Origin: Phoronis australis | Taxonomy: Eukaryota > Animalia > Phoronida | Reading direction: 5' to 3' | Assembly: GCA_002633005.1 (NCBI GenBank) | Contig: NMRA01000089.1 | Span: 604,714 to 668,713 of the forward strand | DNA: 64,000 bases | Part shown: positions 50,240 through 64,000 of the stretch, piece after piece | Position numbering within the stretch: position 1 is the stretch's first letter | Layout: each line of letters opens with the position of its first letter | Notes under the pieces: generated by a model | Database searches by the model: none | Seen by the model: the letters and a program-made list of their open reading frames with translations, nothing else | Told to the model about the DNA's origin: nothing | Program-made: the position numbers and the translations under genes

Positions 50240-53200
50240 CTTGACCGTTTGACCGTAAGTCAAACATGTCTCTTCCAAAAATGACCTTCCCTACTTTTCT
50301 CAACAGTCACACGTGTTCTCTCGTCGATCACATTTATGCAAAATATTTTCACCAGACACAAACATGTCTGAGGCTGTTGAGAAATTTACCGGTATATTTT
50401 TCTATATTTTTTCTCAGTGCCAACAGAATGAGTAAACCTGCTAAACTTATATTTGTTCAGTTAAAAATGACAGTCAAAAAATCCCATAATAACTTTAAAT
50501 CTGGCTTGGTTTCATTTAATTTGGGGTCTGAGATAGTAATTTATCTCAAAACCCCCAACAAAAAGTATAGCTATTTAAAAGCAATTTCATTAGATTTGGC
50601 ACATGGACATTTTTACGCCAAACCTGAACAGTTTAGTAAATATAAACACAAACTCAACGACTCCATCAACTTTGCGATTTTAAAATCAAATGAATTACGA
50701 ATCAAAATCTACCTATCCTGGTTCCATTTTCTGTGGCAACTATTCACAGAAGTTAAGAAATTACAACAATATACTAAAATTAAAATTTGAAATAAAAGCC
50801 AAGCTTATGTATCATGATAAGCAGTTTACAAATCATAAATGTACACCAAATTTGGCAAGTAATCAAAATCGTGAGTTCTAATTCTTCCCCCACCATTGTT
50901 CTCCCTCAATTTATAGCCCCTCCCCCCACGTCTGGGCAAGTTACTGAAAAACAGAAATTAGCTGATAAAATAACCAATTATTTTATTAATATAGGGAAAG
51001 TCCCCATATATACAGGAAATAACAACGACAGTAAATCCTTTGTTTTTATTGACCTACTTCCATTCTGACTGCAATTTCTAAAGTTTTTGAAAAGATTGTT
51101 GACGATATGGTTATTTTTCTCATACTTTTATTTCGTACAAGTTTCAGTATGGGTTTAGACCCAATCACTGTATAGAACTCGTTACCACTGAATTTGACCA
51201 TTCCTTCTATGAAAATTAAGACAAAGGTTTGAACCCGATTTCCATATTTACGGATCCCTCTAAAGCCTTTGGTACCATTGATCATAACTTTCTTCTGGAA
51301 AAATTTTAAGTTCGAAGGATTTCTGATAACCAGTCATAGTGGTTTCGAAGCTACCTCGAAAATCGAATACTGTTTTTGTTGATACTGTCACTTCGTCTTA
51401 TCTTGATATCCCTAGAGGTGTACATCATGACCCAATTTTAGGACCTTTCCTACTTTAAATTAACGTTAATGACATTGATCTAACACAGCACATTGCATTA
51501 TCCACGCTGATTACACATGAATGTGAATTCCATTGCATGTTAACGAAAATCGCGGGCCTCAGTGAATTAACCATCAATAAGATCTACAGGTCATTTTTAA
51601 TTGATTAAATACTAATAGAATATCGTTCAACACAAGTAAAAGCAAATTTATCCCTATAATTAACATTAATAATGAAATGGGGTATTTTATAATTAACTTT
51701 CTTGTATCAAGCATACTCAGGAAATGTCTATGAGTAATAAAATTGCTATAACTTCCGGGGTTCTTTCTCTATTGAAACCCTGTTTTCTTAAGCACACATC
51801 TCAAATAATACATACTGATAACATATAATACTCTTCATTCTAAGTATTTACATGTCACAATGCAATGTTTTATATTGTTATGCTTATTAAAAATGAGTTC
51901 CGTGATATGCTCTGAGTATTCTTTTATAATTGCTTTCGTTATATCATATTGTTCTGTATCATATTGTATTGTATTGTCTGTATTATTATTTCTTATTAAT
52001 TTATATATTTATCTATTTTTTTCTGTGCTNGTACGAATCAAAATCTACCTATCCTGGTTCCATTTTCTGTCGCTGTTAAGAAATTACAATCATATACTAA
52101 AATTAAAATTTGAAATAAAAGCCAAGCTTATGTATCTCGATAAGCAGTTTACCAAGCATAAATGTACACCAAATTTGGCAAGTAATCAAAATCGTGAGTT
52201 CTAATTCTTCCCCCACCATTGTTNTACCCCCCCCCCCCGACGTCTGGGCAAGTTATTGAAAAACAGAAATTAGCTGATAAATTAACCAATTATTTTATTA
52301 ATATTAGGAAAGTCCCCATATATACAGGAAATAGCAACGACAGTAAATCCCTTGTTTTTTATTGACCTACTTCCATTCTGACAGCAATTTCTAAAGTTTT
52401 TGAAAAGATTGTTGACGATATGGTTATTTTTCTCATACTTTTATTTTGTACAAGTTTCAGTATGGGTTTAGAACCAATCACTGTATAGAGCTCGTTACCA
52501 CTGAATTTGACCATTCCTTCTATGAAAATTAAGACAAAGGTTTGAACCCGATTTCCATATTTACGGATCCCTCTAAAGCCTTTGGTACCATTGATCATAA
52601 CTTTCTTCTGGAAAAATTTTAAGTTCGAACGATGTCTGATAACCAGTAACCTAGTGGTTTCGAAGCTACCTCGAAAATCGAATACTGTTTTTGTTGATAC
52701 TGTCACTTCGTCTTATCTTGATATCCCTAGAGGTGTACATCATGACCCAGTTTTAGGACCTTTCCTACTTTAAATTAACGTTAATGACATTGATCTAACA
52801 CAGCACATTGCAGTATGCACGCTGATTACACATGAATGTGAATTCCATTGCATGTTAACGAAAATCGCGGGCCTCAGTGAATTAACCATCAATAAGATCT
52901 ACAGGTCATTTTTAATTGATTAAATACTAATAGAATATCGTTCAACACAAGTAAAAGCAAATTTATCCCTATAATTAACATTAATAATGAAATGGGGTAT
53001 TTTATAATTAACTTTCTTGTATCAAGCATACTCAGGAAATGTCTATGAGTAATAAAATTGCTATAACTTCCGGGGTTCTTTCTCTATTGAAACCCTGTTT
53101 TCTTAAGCACACATCTCAAATAATACATACTGATAACATATAATACTCTTCATTCTAAGTATTTACATGTCACAATGCAATGTTTTATATTGTTATGCTT

Positions 53201-53345
53201 ATTAAAAATGAGTTCCGTGATATGCTCTGAGTATTCTTTTATAATTGCTTTCGTTATATCATATTGTTCTGTATCATATTGTATTGTATTGTCTGTATTA
53301 TTATTTCTTATTAATTTATATATTTATCTATTTTTTTCTGTGCTC
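50240..53345 (+). mobile_element. Degraded CR1/L2-type LINE, with its 3' ~1.3 kb present twice
   Basis: SLVDHIY (endonuclease end), NYFINIG, LTAISKVFEKIV, QYGFR, GVHHDPILGPFL motifs with many frameshifts. Confidence 0.7.
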
Positions 53346-56300
53346 AGCTGTTAGTAGCCTATGCATTTGGTGGCCACCCACTCGTGTAATTCTACTGTTC
53401 TATGTGACGTAACAGTAAATTAAGTTTCTCTCCCTAATAACAGGACTGTTTCCTCTGCCTGTATGAAGCAGCAAGGCCACAGTCTTTATCTTCCGGCTAG
53501 TCTTATAACAAATCACTAGATAGGCTTGCAGATAATAGAAAATTGTTAGTATAACTAGATTTACGATTAGACTGTTTCGTTGTAGGTTAGCAGCGAAAAT
53601 AGAAGTATTAATGATGCATTTGCAGTGCGTTTCTCTATAGATACATGGTAAAATGAATATTTGCAAATGTTGTCATGCTGTAGGCTAGTCTGTTGTAAGA
53701 TTGGCTAATTGCCAAATAAATTACACCATTATATATACATAAAAATATTCCGCGATTAGTTAGAGTAGCCTGCAGCAAAAATGTGTGTGAACAAGCAAAA
53801 CGCTACAAGCCATTATTTTTAGCTTATCACCAGTAACAAAGATGTCATTCGCCCAGTTCATGCGGTCAAATAGTGTCGAGTGTAATTTGTTCAATTCGTT
53901 TCTATTCACATTTATTACTTGGAGAAATGAAATTTTGCTAAGTATCTTTGTTCGCACGCTATAGGTTGTATTTTTTATCCGGTCGTCATGCAGTATAAAC
54001 CCAATGTGTGTTTTGTGAATTGTTTGAAACCTACCGTGTTTTGGAAATTGAAATCGAACGCAAGATGGCGCTTTGGCGGCCATTTCCAAAATTTTTGATT
54101 TGTCGAGTCATAACTCCGCTGTCTCTGTATGAATAAATCATTTCATGGGCTATCGAAAATGTGCGGCATTCCTTTTCATCAATCACTCACGATGAGTCGG
54201 TGATTATTCTTTTTTAATTAATTAGGTTTTCGTGCCGTGTCTCCGGCCTCCCTTGACGGATCGTTTTGAAATTCGGCATGTGGTGAGATATATCAAACGC
54301 TATCTGCGCTGTTCCATCCGTTTCTCGCTTCGGCTTACGGTGTTCGAGTTATTTGAGATTTATTGGTCAGATGACTGTCCTTTTATAGACCAATTCCTCG
54401 TTGAACTGCAGTTGGTTCATATCACTCGCGCTTTAGGTCGCATTTTTCGTCGGATCAACACACGCATATTGCGTCTCGTGAGAAGCTTGAAGTCTACTAT
54501 TTTTGGGAGAAATCGAACACAATATGCTATGATAGTCTTTTCAATCCATCGCTTGCAGAGTTCTAACTTTGCGATCGTTTGAGGGAATTTTATGAAATTT
54601 GGTATATAGATAGATCTCCCCAAGGCCTATCTGAAATGCATTATTGGTTTCTCGCTACTACTTACCGTTCTCAAGTTATCTAGGATTTTCGGATTTGATG
54701 AGTGTCCTCTATTGATCGATTCTTCAACGCAATGTTGTTGTTATTGCCATGGGTACCGGGGTCGTAGTTGTTACTGTTTTTGGTTTCGTTGACCATCTCT
54801 CTTCAAAGTTTTTCATTTGATTTTGCTACTTAGATCGCTTAGTAATCGTCCGGCGGTAGCGTTTGTTCGCATGAGGATAACAAACTCATTTTTATACAGA
54901 TTAGTCTAAACTTTGAGCAGAATTTCTGTCATATGGTATCTGCTTTGAAAGCTATTGAATTTGATAAGAATCGGGTGAAAGACCACGGAATTAGGAAGCA
55001 CTTGCTTTCAAATGACCGGAAGTGATGTACTTAGTTTCGACTGACCTTCGTAGACGTTCGTTTTGCATGGAAACACCGATTTTGAGTCTTTCTTAAGACA
55101 CGGTGCATCGTTTTAGCATCAATTTGAACAAGCGTAAAAAGAGCGCGTGTTCCAAACACACATAACCATTTGTAGTTTGGACACAAAACCTCGTTTTCAA
55201 GCATAATGGCGAATTCGTGCAAGTTGTGAATTGTTTAAACTTTGTGTAAATTTATTCGAACAAAACACTTTCCATCTTGAAAATAGCATGTCAGTATAAT
55301 TGATCCGGTTTTGAAAAAGTACACACGCAAATAATGGGCTCTGTATCCATGACTTCTTAGGGAGAGGTTCGCCGTTTGCAAGCTCAGTAGGCAAAGAACC
55401 TTCACCACTTGGAAGCAGTTGATGGCTAGATCATCGTTGTCAAAGCTTAGGTACGCGTCAGCACGCTCAGGTTTTTTCGAGATGACAGCTAAGTATCCCA
55501 CCCCACTTGGCTATAGATGACTGAAGTCAGCAAGACCCACAAATCCTTTACATATAATACTTCCAATCGCTAAGGCAAGATCTCCAACCTCTTCTACTCT
55601 TTGCCTCACACCCGTTCTCCACTTAGTTGAGGGATAACTCCAGTCCGCGAAACAAAACAAAACGAAAAGAAACGAAACCAAACGAAATGAACCAAATTAA
55701 ACGACGTTTTGTTAAGGAGTATACTTAATAACGACAGACAGACGATGACGTTGAGAATATGTTCATGACCCTGCTTCATAAATATTTTACAATTTTCCAG
55801 GTTAGTGCATCATTGTTAGACTCGAAAAAAATAGATTTAATTGTTCTGTAGGTAAAAGATGCAAAATGAAGACAGCACCAATACGTCATCATTGAAAATA
55901 TGTTCAAGGCGACTTTTTATAATCACGAATTATTTCAGTCACGTGCGTCAACTCTTGAGCAGTAAAACAGCAAATCAATTCCCTTGTATATTGCGTTTCA
56001 AAAATTGCAAAAGAAGCCCAGGCGGCGGAAAGACATGTTCAGTGCACAGTTCTATAAACCTGTGTCATCCTTGAACCTGTAAAATGGCCATTAAAATTTG
56101 CTATAGGTGGCGCTTTAAAAATTGTGTTTTGAGAAAAGAGCAAACTAAAGACGGCAGAAAGACACCGACGGTGAAGACATGTTCAGGGCGCCGTATAGTT
56201 CAGAGCCATGCGATATTTTTAAAGCGTTTCGTAAGAAAGGAACTGAGTTAGTAAGAATAGAATTACAGTTGACGACAACGACTACAGTTCGTAAGTGAAA

Positions 56301-56776
56301 ATAGGACGTCCCGGATAGAAATCTCCATTGTCCTGGACGTGTTGTTACATTGGCTTCGTTTTAGAAATATCGACTGATTCTGGGAATCATGTCGGAAAAT
56401 GTCGCAGCTGCGGGTATTTCTCAAGTTTATCCAACTTTCTACCGTCGGAATTCCAGCCCAGAGCACAGCAATGATTTTTACTGGCATTGGGAGGTCGAAT
56501 ACAGATAATGCAGATCAGAAAATTTTGAAAAAAAACAAAGCACCAACAAATAACAGGAGAAATACCAATGGCGCGATAATAAGGCTAGAGAACTGCATTG
56601 TGGGTAAATACTGAGCGTCCTATTGTGTTAATGAGAACGGATGATTTCCTGAAGTTACAAGAATTGGCCAGTGCTCTAAAATAACAAGGTTCTGTGTGTT
56701 TTTGTGATTTTAATACATAACATCAAAACTCGCAGTTGCCTGCCAGGTACTCGTTGAAAGCAAGGACGGTGATTTT

Positions 56777-56909
56777 CAGGGGCGGATCCAGGATTTTGAG
56801 TTGGGGGGGCCAAGGCAGACATTTGCACCCCCGAGGTGCCAAATGGAATCTGTGAGAATTTTATGGGGGCCATGGCCCTCTTGCCCCCTCCCCCATAAAT
56901 TCGCCACTG
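56777..56909. mobile_element. hAT-type MITE, same family as 15971
   Basis: CAGGGGCGGATCCAGGATTTTGAGTTGGG...AAATTCGCCACTG. Confidence 0.8.
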
Positions 56910-57745
56910 ATCACGTAAACTTTATGAGATTGGACCAATTAATGGGCTTTTTTGCACACTTGCCGGAGTCAGAGAAATGAGTTGTGTTACATGACCATCA
57001 CGAGGAGGTGCTTGTAAAGTTAGGTAGCCTCGCATAGCAAGGCGTGTCAGTGAGTGTTTGAAACGTAGAATACCACAAAAATGGGATTTCATGGTAAAGT
57101 TTGACACTCAGATTTTGAGTGAAAAGTGGGGCGCCGGACTTTTAAGCTACTTATCAAAGTAGGAATTGTTTAAACTACATTTTAGAAGTATAGCATAAGA
57201 AAGTAAACTGCAACGCCATAGTATGATCCAAATCCGTGACATAGGGTGTATCACCCATTAATGTCTTTTTGTCTAGTGAGAAGCGCACTGCACTCGATAG
57301 GAAACTGGCTGATTTTCTCATCGGAATGTGTGAATGAATGAGCTTATGAAAAACTTACGTTCATTGCACTGTAGTCATGATATGAATAAAAGAGTGAAAA
57401 GAAAAAACAAGAAATTGCGGTTTTAATATGGGTGTGCCGTCTATATTTGTCTTTTTATCCGCTTTATTCATAAAACGTACTAGTCGGCACACATCTGTTT
57501 GCAACTGAATTATATAATGAACACGCGGTTTACTCTGTGGATGGGCGGACACAGGTTATCGCTGACAAGTGTTTAGTAGCTTTCGGTGCGTTCGTTCGTG
57601 ACACGCGCACGTGCTATTTCCAGACTGAAGACTGGTTCGAGTTTATCACTTTATTAATTTCGGCCGCACGTACTCAAGTCTACTCAGACAAAACGTACTA
57701 CGCAATGTCTGTTCTATGCTCCAGCTGGTGCTGCAAAACCTTGAC

Positions 57746-57899
57746 CAGGGGCGGACCCAGGATTTTGAGTTGGGAGGCGGGGCAGAGTATTAGTCAGGAA
57801 TTTGCCTGTCAGATACTTACACCCCGAATTACCAAACTTAATCTGGGAGAATTTTAGGGGGGCCATGGCCCCCTTGGCTCCCCTCTAAATCCGTCACTG
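57746..57899. mobile_element. hAT-type MITE, same family as 15971
   Basis: CAGGGGCGGACCCAGGATTTTGAGTTGGG...AAATCCGTCACTG. Confidence 0.8.
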
Positions 57900-60800
57900 A
57901 TTTTACCAGTCAAATGTTCTTAACACATTCTTCTGTCTATTGGTGGAATTTAAATCCGCGCTAGCAGAGCGTGAATCTGCGGTCGGGTTTGTAGGTTTGA
58001 TTCCGATCTCAAAGTCACTGCTTTTGCCGAAAATGCCCCTTTAAATTCAACGTGACTACTATTCTCTACTTCAATGTGATTGCGACGTATGGTTTGAATT
58101 GTACAAAAAGCAGAAATCCCAAAACTGATAGTGCCAATCATTTTCTCATGTCTGGAAACTTCACATAGAGACGGTAAGTGACTACTGGGTCATGGTACCA
58201 TGACAATGGCGTCATTGTCCATTAATGGCACCGGAAACATGTTTGAAACCGTTCTTACCACTTCTGTTTACGTTGTACTGAAATGATGAAAGTGAGCTAA
58301 GCATCATAAATTTTAAATCTGCGGGTAAACAAAAGTGCCATAAAATTACGTACCGTATATCTGACAGAAACATCTCAGTTACGATGTTTTGGGGTCCACA
58401 GGGCAATCTGCCCCCCATTAGGGGTTACAGGCTTCAGAAATTTTGAACCCCATCATTCCAACAGAAAAGATGCATATTAAACAAAACAAACGAACTATCA
58501 ATACAAATCCAATGAGAGCCTAATTTGAAGACATAGCGCACTGTCAGTGTACGATTCTAAGATAGTGTTTCCTTTACTTTCATTAATTTAGAACGTCAGT
58601 CGAAACATGTCACTTTAAGATAACAATTTCGCAACTTTCAGCCCTGTTTGTGTTTGCCGTGTTATACTGTTGATTTGTTTTTAAGTGGGCGGTGTGTCCA
58701 CGGAAACCTCGTTACGTATGGCGGAAGCTGAGTGAGTACCCATCATGCATGAGTCAGCTTTCACTCACTACGGCGGCCATACATGTACCACACCATCAAC
58801 AAGAATAAAAATTAAACTGAAAAGTTCTTTCTGAATTCAGTTAAGTTTGAAAATGCTTGTAGTTATGTTGAATGAAGTATTTTGCGTTAAAACGCATTTT
58901 ATGAAGTGTTTAACTTAAGTAAAGCGGAATGAGTATCCTTAAACAGAAACGAAAATTAGCAACTTGTCCTCTTTAGCTAACCAGTTCAAGACAACAAACT
59001 GCAATAAATACCTTTTAAGTCACCTTATGGAAGCTTTTAGCAATAATGAAACCGTTTTGAAGGGCCCTAAAACGAATCTCACTGGCGTACGCTAACAAAA
59101 AGCCTACACGGATTAGGATTGGATTAATTAGTACTAGTAGCAAAATGCTTTAGTAATAAAAGCAACGAAACCTTTGAAGTCTATGTAATCCATACCTGCT
59201 GTGTTTGTAAATACATTCCTAATTTACGAAATATTTCAAATTATTTCAAGTGCGGAGACATTAATTATATGAAGTAGCTTTAAGTGATTTATATTATTAT
59301 TACCACTTAAATGTGTGACCGGCGCCAAATGCCTTTCCACTGTCTGGACATTCACGAACCTGTATTGAGAAATTAATACCGTGACAGTTGTACAGTTTTA
59401 TTATACAGAAGTAATGATCAAATTAAAATTACGTCGTTAATATTAATTAGTGTAATTGAGAAATTAAAAGGTTTTAGCATCTAGTTTAACTTAATTGGTG
59501 TCTCATTCTTTTTGTTTCGGCGTTGATGCGAAACAATTTCAAATATCCTATTAATTTCTGTTTTCTCCACTGTCATTTCATGTTGTGTATTAAAATTATA
59601 TTAAGGTTATATTGAGTTCTACATTGGGGTGTCAAAAATGGTCAACTTCAAAGTAATAAAATAGGAACACAGAGGATCCTATGAGCTTAATTCCGACCGC
59701 TCTATCATCGTAGAAAACAAAACGTGGTCTTATTTTTTGTGGGGGTCACACAATTAAGTCAAAACATTTGACATTCGCTCTGTAGGAAACGAGGTGTCCC
59801 AAGGAAATAGACGTATCACCTAAGCAGTGCTGAAAACGAACTGAGACCAAAACACAGGATTCTCCTCTATGGTACTTACGAATCGTTCCACAAATCATTT
59901 ATTGAACGAAATCATAAATAAACCAAAGCACTCCAAGGAGCAACACTTGATGAAATTGGATTGAAAGAACACTGGAATGACATTGATCGGACGACGGTGG
60001 TGATCATCATCAATATTATCGTCAAATATTATTGACAAAATAAATTAAGAAACAAAAGCTTGTGAAACCCGGGTTAGACGACAAGAATAAGAAAGCAATG
60101 GATGATCAGGTACTACAAGAGCAGTTTGAAAATATTGAATAACTCAAGAACGACAAGTCGTACAGAAAAACAGGCGACATATTTATTTTTTTATTATTGT
60201 AATATTTACAATGAGGGTATCCCCATCAGTTCTCACTACTTTCCATGGGGCCTTATCTTGGCAAGATCTATTCACATAACAACTTTCTGAAATATCCGTC
60301 AAAGTACGCGTGAGTAGGTTATGTAAAGAGCGAAAATGGAAATAACCGTAATAGCGCCATCTTGCGTATGATTTCAACGAAAATAGACTTCGAGCTACAG
60401 ACGAAGAATGACATATCGTGTGCAAATTTCATTTCAATCATATGTTGCTGTCTACAAGTACAACAGGAGATCAATCGACCAAAAACCGTGGAACTGTACC
60501 ATTAGTCTACAAAAGTTCGAGGGTAATTCGTAACAACAAACGAATGACTTACAACTTGTAGCTCTTTAAGAGATTTATAAACCTACCAAGTTCTCAAAAT
60601 ATAAACCGGAGGTACTATTCTGCAAAGAGAAAATTCGAAAAATGGGCGCCTCAGCCCCACCGATTTCAACCCAAGCTATTGACGAAAAGGCAAGCAACCA
60701 AATTAACCAACAAAAATATAACAGAGCTACATATTTGGCGAGAAATTGTCGTCAAGCAATGGATGAGTCAATAGTTGTTTAAATAATAGCCGTTTTACAG

Positions 60801-61097
60801 TTAAACTTGACATCATTAAGGAACAATTTATAAATAATTCACCACATAAGTCTCATTTTCTTGTCTCTTGAATACAGTTTCATTCCGACTAGTTAGAAGT
60901 ATTGGCGTTCAAAATGGCATTAGTTCTGTAGATTAATACATACAAGTGGAGGGGGATCTCAAATTCAAATTAAGCAGAAGAAACTTCGTGGCAGTGGGTA
61001 TAACAGCCATGTCAACAACATTATCAATGCCAATATCAACGATAAAGGCAATGTAAAATCAAATAACAACAACAACATTTGCAACAACAAAAACGGA

Positions 61098-61513
61098 CGG
61101 TGGTGGTGGAGGAGGTGGTGATGGTGGCGGCGGTGGTGGTGGTGATGGTGGNNNNNNNNNNNNNNNNNNNNNNNNNNNNNNNNNNNNNNNNNNNNNNNNN
61201 NNNNNNNNNNNNNNNNNNNNNNNNNNNNNNNNNNNNNNNNNNNNNNNNNNNNNNNNNNNNNNNNNNNNNNNNNNNNNNNNNNNNNNNNNNNNNNNNNNNN
61301 NNNNNNNNNNNNNNNNNNNNNNNNNNNNNNNNNNNNNNNNNNNNNNNNNNNNNNNNNNNNNNNNNNNNNNNNNNNNNNNNNNNNNNNNNNNNNNNNNNNN
61401 NNNNNNNNNNNNNNNNNNNNNNNNNNNNNNNNNNNNNNNNNNNNNNNNNNNNNNNNNGTGGTGGTGGGGGTGGTGGTAGTGGTGGTGGTGATGGTGGTGG
61501 TAGTGGTGGTGGT
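61098..61513. repeat. (GGT)n microsatellite spanning an assembly gap
   Basis: Directly visible on both sides of the N run. Confidence 0.9.
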
Positions 61514-63784
61514 AATAATATATATATTGATTGGCCACTTAAGGTGTTACAGGGTTCTCAGAAAAATAGCACGATTAATGTATGTGGTACACACGTAGTG
61601 GTATGAGATTGATTGTCAATCCATCAATGTAATCATTAGACCATTTAGTCATCAGTTCACTTCGCGTGACTTGAATAAGAAGGGAGATAGCACTCATTCA
61701 CCTGAGGGAAAGATATACCTATGCCTTTTGAGAGGAAAAAATTCAGGTGTGAGAAAAATCTCCCGGTTGCCTCTAATTTCATTCCTTCCACATCATCAAA
61801 TCCGCCTCCTCCGGCACTGCCTCGAGTAGCTAAAACTTAGGGTCCTTGCTGGTTCCAAAGGGTTGCCTTCTACACCGAACAGAGCAGAACACCCGTCAGG
61901 CCATATGGACTATAGTAAGTAGTAAGGATTTCAGGTAATTAACCCAGGACTCCCATGAATGACTTTTTTGCCCAATACTGTGTGATCAACATAGTAACAC
62001 TTGTGTTACACTAATACAGATTCTATTATTCACACTGGAGCATGTTGGGTTTGTTGACTCAGGTTACAAACCACACAGCTGACCGGCTGTACTGAAATTT
62101 TGTTTCGGGTTGTTTTTGCTTTTCCGTGTTTAAAGAGGCATGGAACGCGAAAGCTCGTCAAAATATCTTTTAAACAATTCCTGACGAAAGTACCATGTCG
62201 CAACGTCTACTACAGAATTATTCACTTTCCCCTGTGAGGGAATTTCCAGAAAAAATCACAATATTCACGATTTTTGAAATACGCGCCGAGGAAAAAATCC
62301 CTAGTGACCACAGAGTTTCTAATCTCATTGCCACTTCTGAGAAATGTGCGCATGCGCCCACAGTCATTTAACACACAGCTGATTGGCAAGGTGAATATTA
62401 ACGGCAAATTATTATGTGTCATCACTCTGAATCTAAGATCGACAGGACAGTATGAGGTAAGCCAGGGAAGCAAGCGATTTCCCAAAAAGAATTCCAAGTG
62501 CAAAGAATATATTTGAATACTGCGATACCTTTATAACAAATTTTAAACAGTTAGTACTTACGTCAAATGCCTCTTAATTGGAGTGGCTATTGCTTGAAGT
62601 CGCCACTGTTTTGTTTACATCAAAAGTCAAATGTCACATTTTCCATATAAGGGAGTTGTGGTACGTCTATGTCTTGCCATACCAAATAAAGAAACATGCT
62701 TTACCTTGTGGTAGAAAATCGACGACGTCACGGGAAGTTGACATAACGCTTTTTTTTAAAATTGAAACTAAAACAAAAATGCTTTGACATCAACAGAAAT
62801 TCAAAATGTTTACGAACAAAGAGTAAAAATACTTGGTGAACAAGTTGAAGCCTGTTTCAGTGGCAGAGACCCACTTTGAATAATGCAATTTAGCCTATTT
62901 TCCACGTAAAAGGCCTCTTTAAAGGTTTGTGCATGTCTTTACGGAGAACCTTCAAATTTATTTTTTGAAGCACAAAAATTGACACACGAATAATGAAGTT
63001 ACAGTATTTTGACGTGACCAGTTTCACAGTACATGTATTTCTTTGCGGTAAGCAATTCCTGCAGACACTGTTCCAAAACAGATGGCCTGATCAGGGCTAC
63101 TGCTTATGTAATTGATATATGATGAGCCCATGATTAGAGGGTAATCATACATAACCGGACTGGCTAGACAACTGTCTTACACCCATTTCGAGTTTCAATA
63201 TTTTGCCTAATGAGTTTGACTGAGGGATTTGACTTTTAGACTCCTAGGAATGATTTTGTCTCTATATTGCTTAGGTTACGTTAAACTATCCTTTTCCTTA
63301 AAGCCTATCTTCAACTGTAACACAAGTAAATTTTGTTCCTACAGTATGTTCAGAGTATCGCTCTGAGCCGACTAATACCATAAATTGCCACATTTATAAC
63401 GAACTGTTTGGCGTATTAGCTTGCTTTTGTCTACGTCACCGCGAGAATCACCTTTTAACATCAAACACCCGCACGCATTGGTGGTCTATTCAGACCCCTA
63501 TTCAATGCAACCTTTTGTTGTTTGTGCTGGGATCTCACGGTGAAGCAACATGGCACGAAAAGGCATCTTCACTTATCATTTGACGGGCTTACACTTGCGT
63601 GATTGAACTCGCGTTTTCTTATTTTACTAAGGCTTTGCTAGGACTATCTGGTTAGCCTAATACATCTAAAGTAACAAAATTCCGTTGAAGTTAGGCTTTA
63701 TAGAGAATCCTACAAGAGTCTCAGGTTTATGACATGGGCAAAACCTCTTAGAAATTTCGTCAAAATCCTGAAGCTTGCCGAGGG

Positions 63785-64000
63785 GATGATGATGATGGTG
63801 ATGATGATGATGATGATGGCGGTGATGATGGTGATGATGATGGTGATGGTGAAGATGGTGAAGATCATGATGGTGATGATTGTGATGATGGTGGTGATGG
63901 TGATGATGATGTTGGTGGTGGGTATGATGGTGATGATGATGATGATGGTGGTGGTGGTGATGATGATGGTGATAATGGTGGTGATGGTGATGGTGATGAT
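63785..64000. repeat. (GAT/GGT)n microsatellite
   Basis: Directly visible; runs to the window end. Confidence 0.95.

Noticed and set aside
58590-58620. GAAACATGTC half of a hammerhead; a similar remnant at about 62180
   Set aside because: No intact CUGANGA plus GAAA with pairing stems; decayed at best
61059-61606. Poly-His/Pro/Gly ORFs
   Set aside because: Microsatellite plus N gap

Overview
AT-rich animal genomic DNA (spliceosomal introns; probably a marine invertebrate) from a heterozygous draft assembly. Two protein-coding genes are supported, both on the minus strand. One is an intronless LRR-LRRCT-Ig-TM receptor with a very short tail (2491-5307). The other is a four-coding-exon prohormone-4/IDLSRF-like neuropeptide-LDLa precursor, reconstructed by hand (22872 to 16729, 194 aa), which the ORF track only shows in fragments. 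A decayed intronless protein-kinase pseudogene is also present. The rest is transposon-derived: a Penelope 3' end with a minimal hammerhead ribozyme, a Gypsy gag-PR-RT relic, several LINE relics, hAT/Harbinger/Crypton/THAP remnants, and MITEs with 5-, 6- and 9-bp and TTAA target duplications. A 166-bp tRNA-containing solo-LTR-like element is nested inside one MITE, and two other MITEs may form a composite transposon. Five 1-2 kb near-identical duplications each abut a single N and are most likely two haplotypes assembled in tandem. All family assignments come from motif recognition, not database searches.
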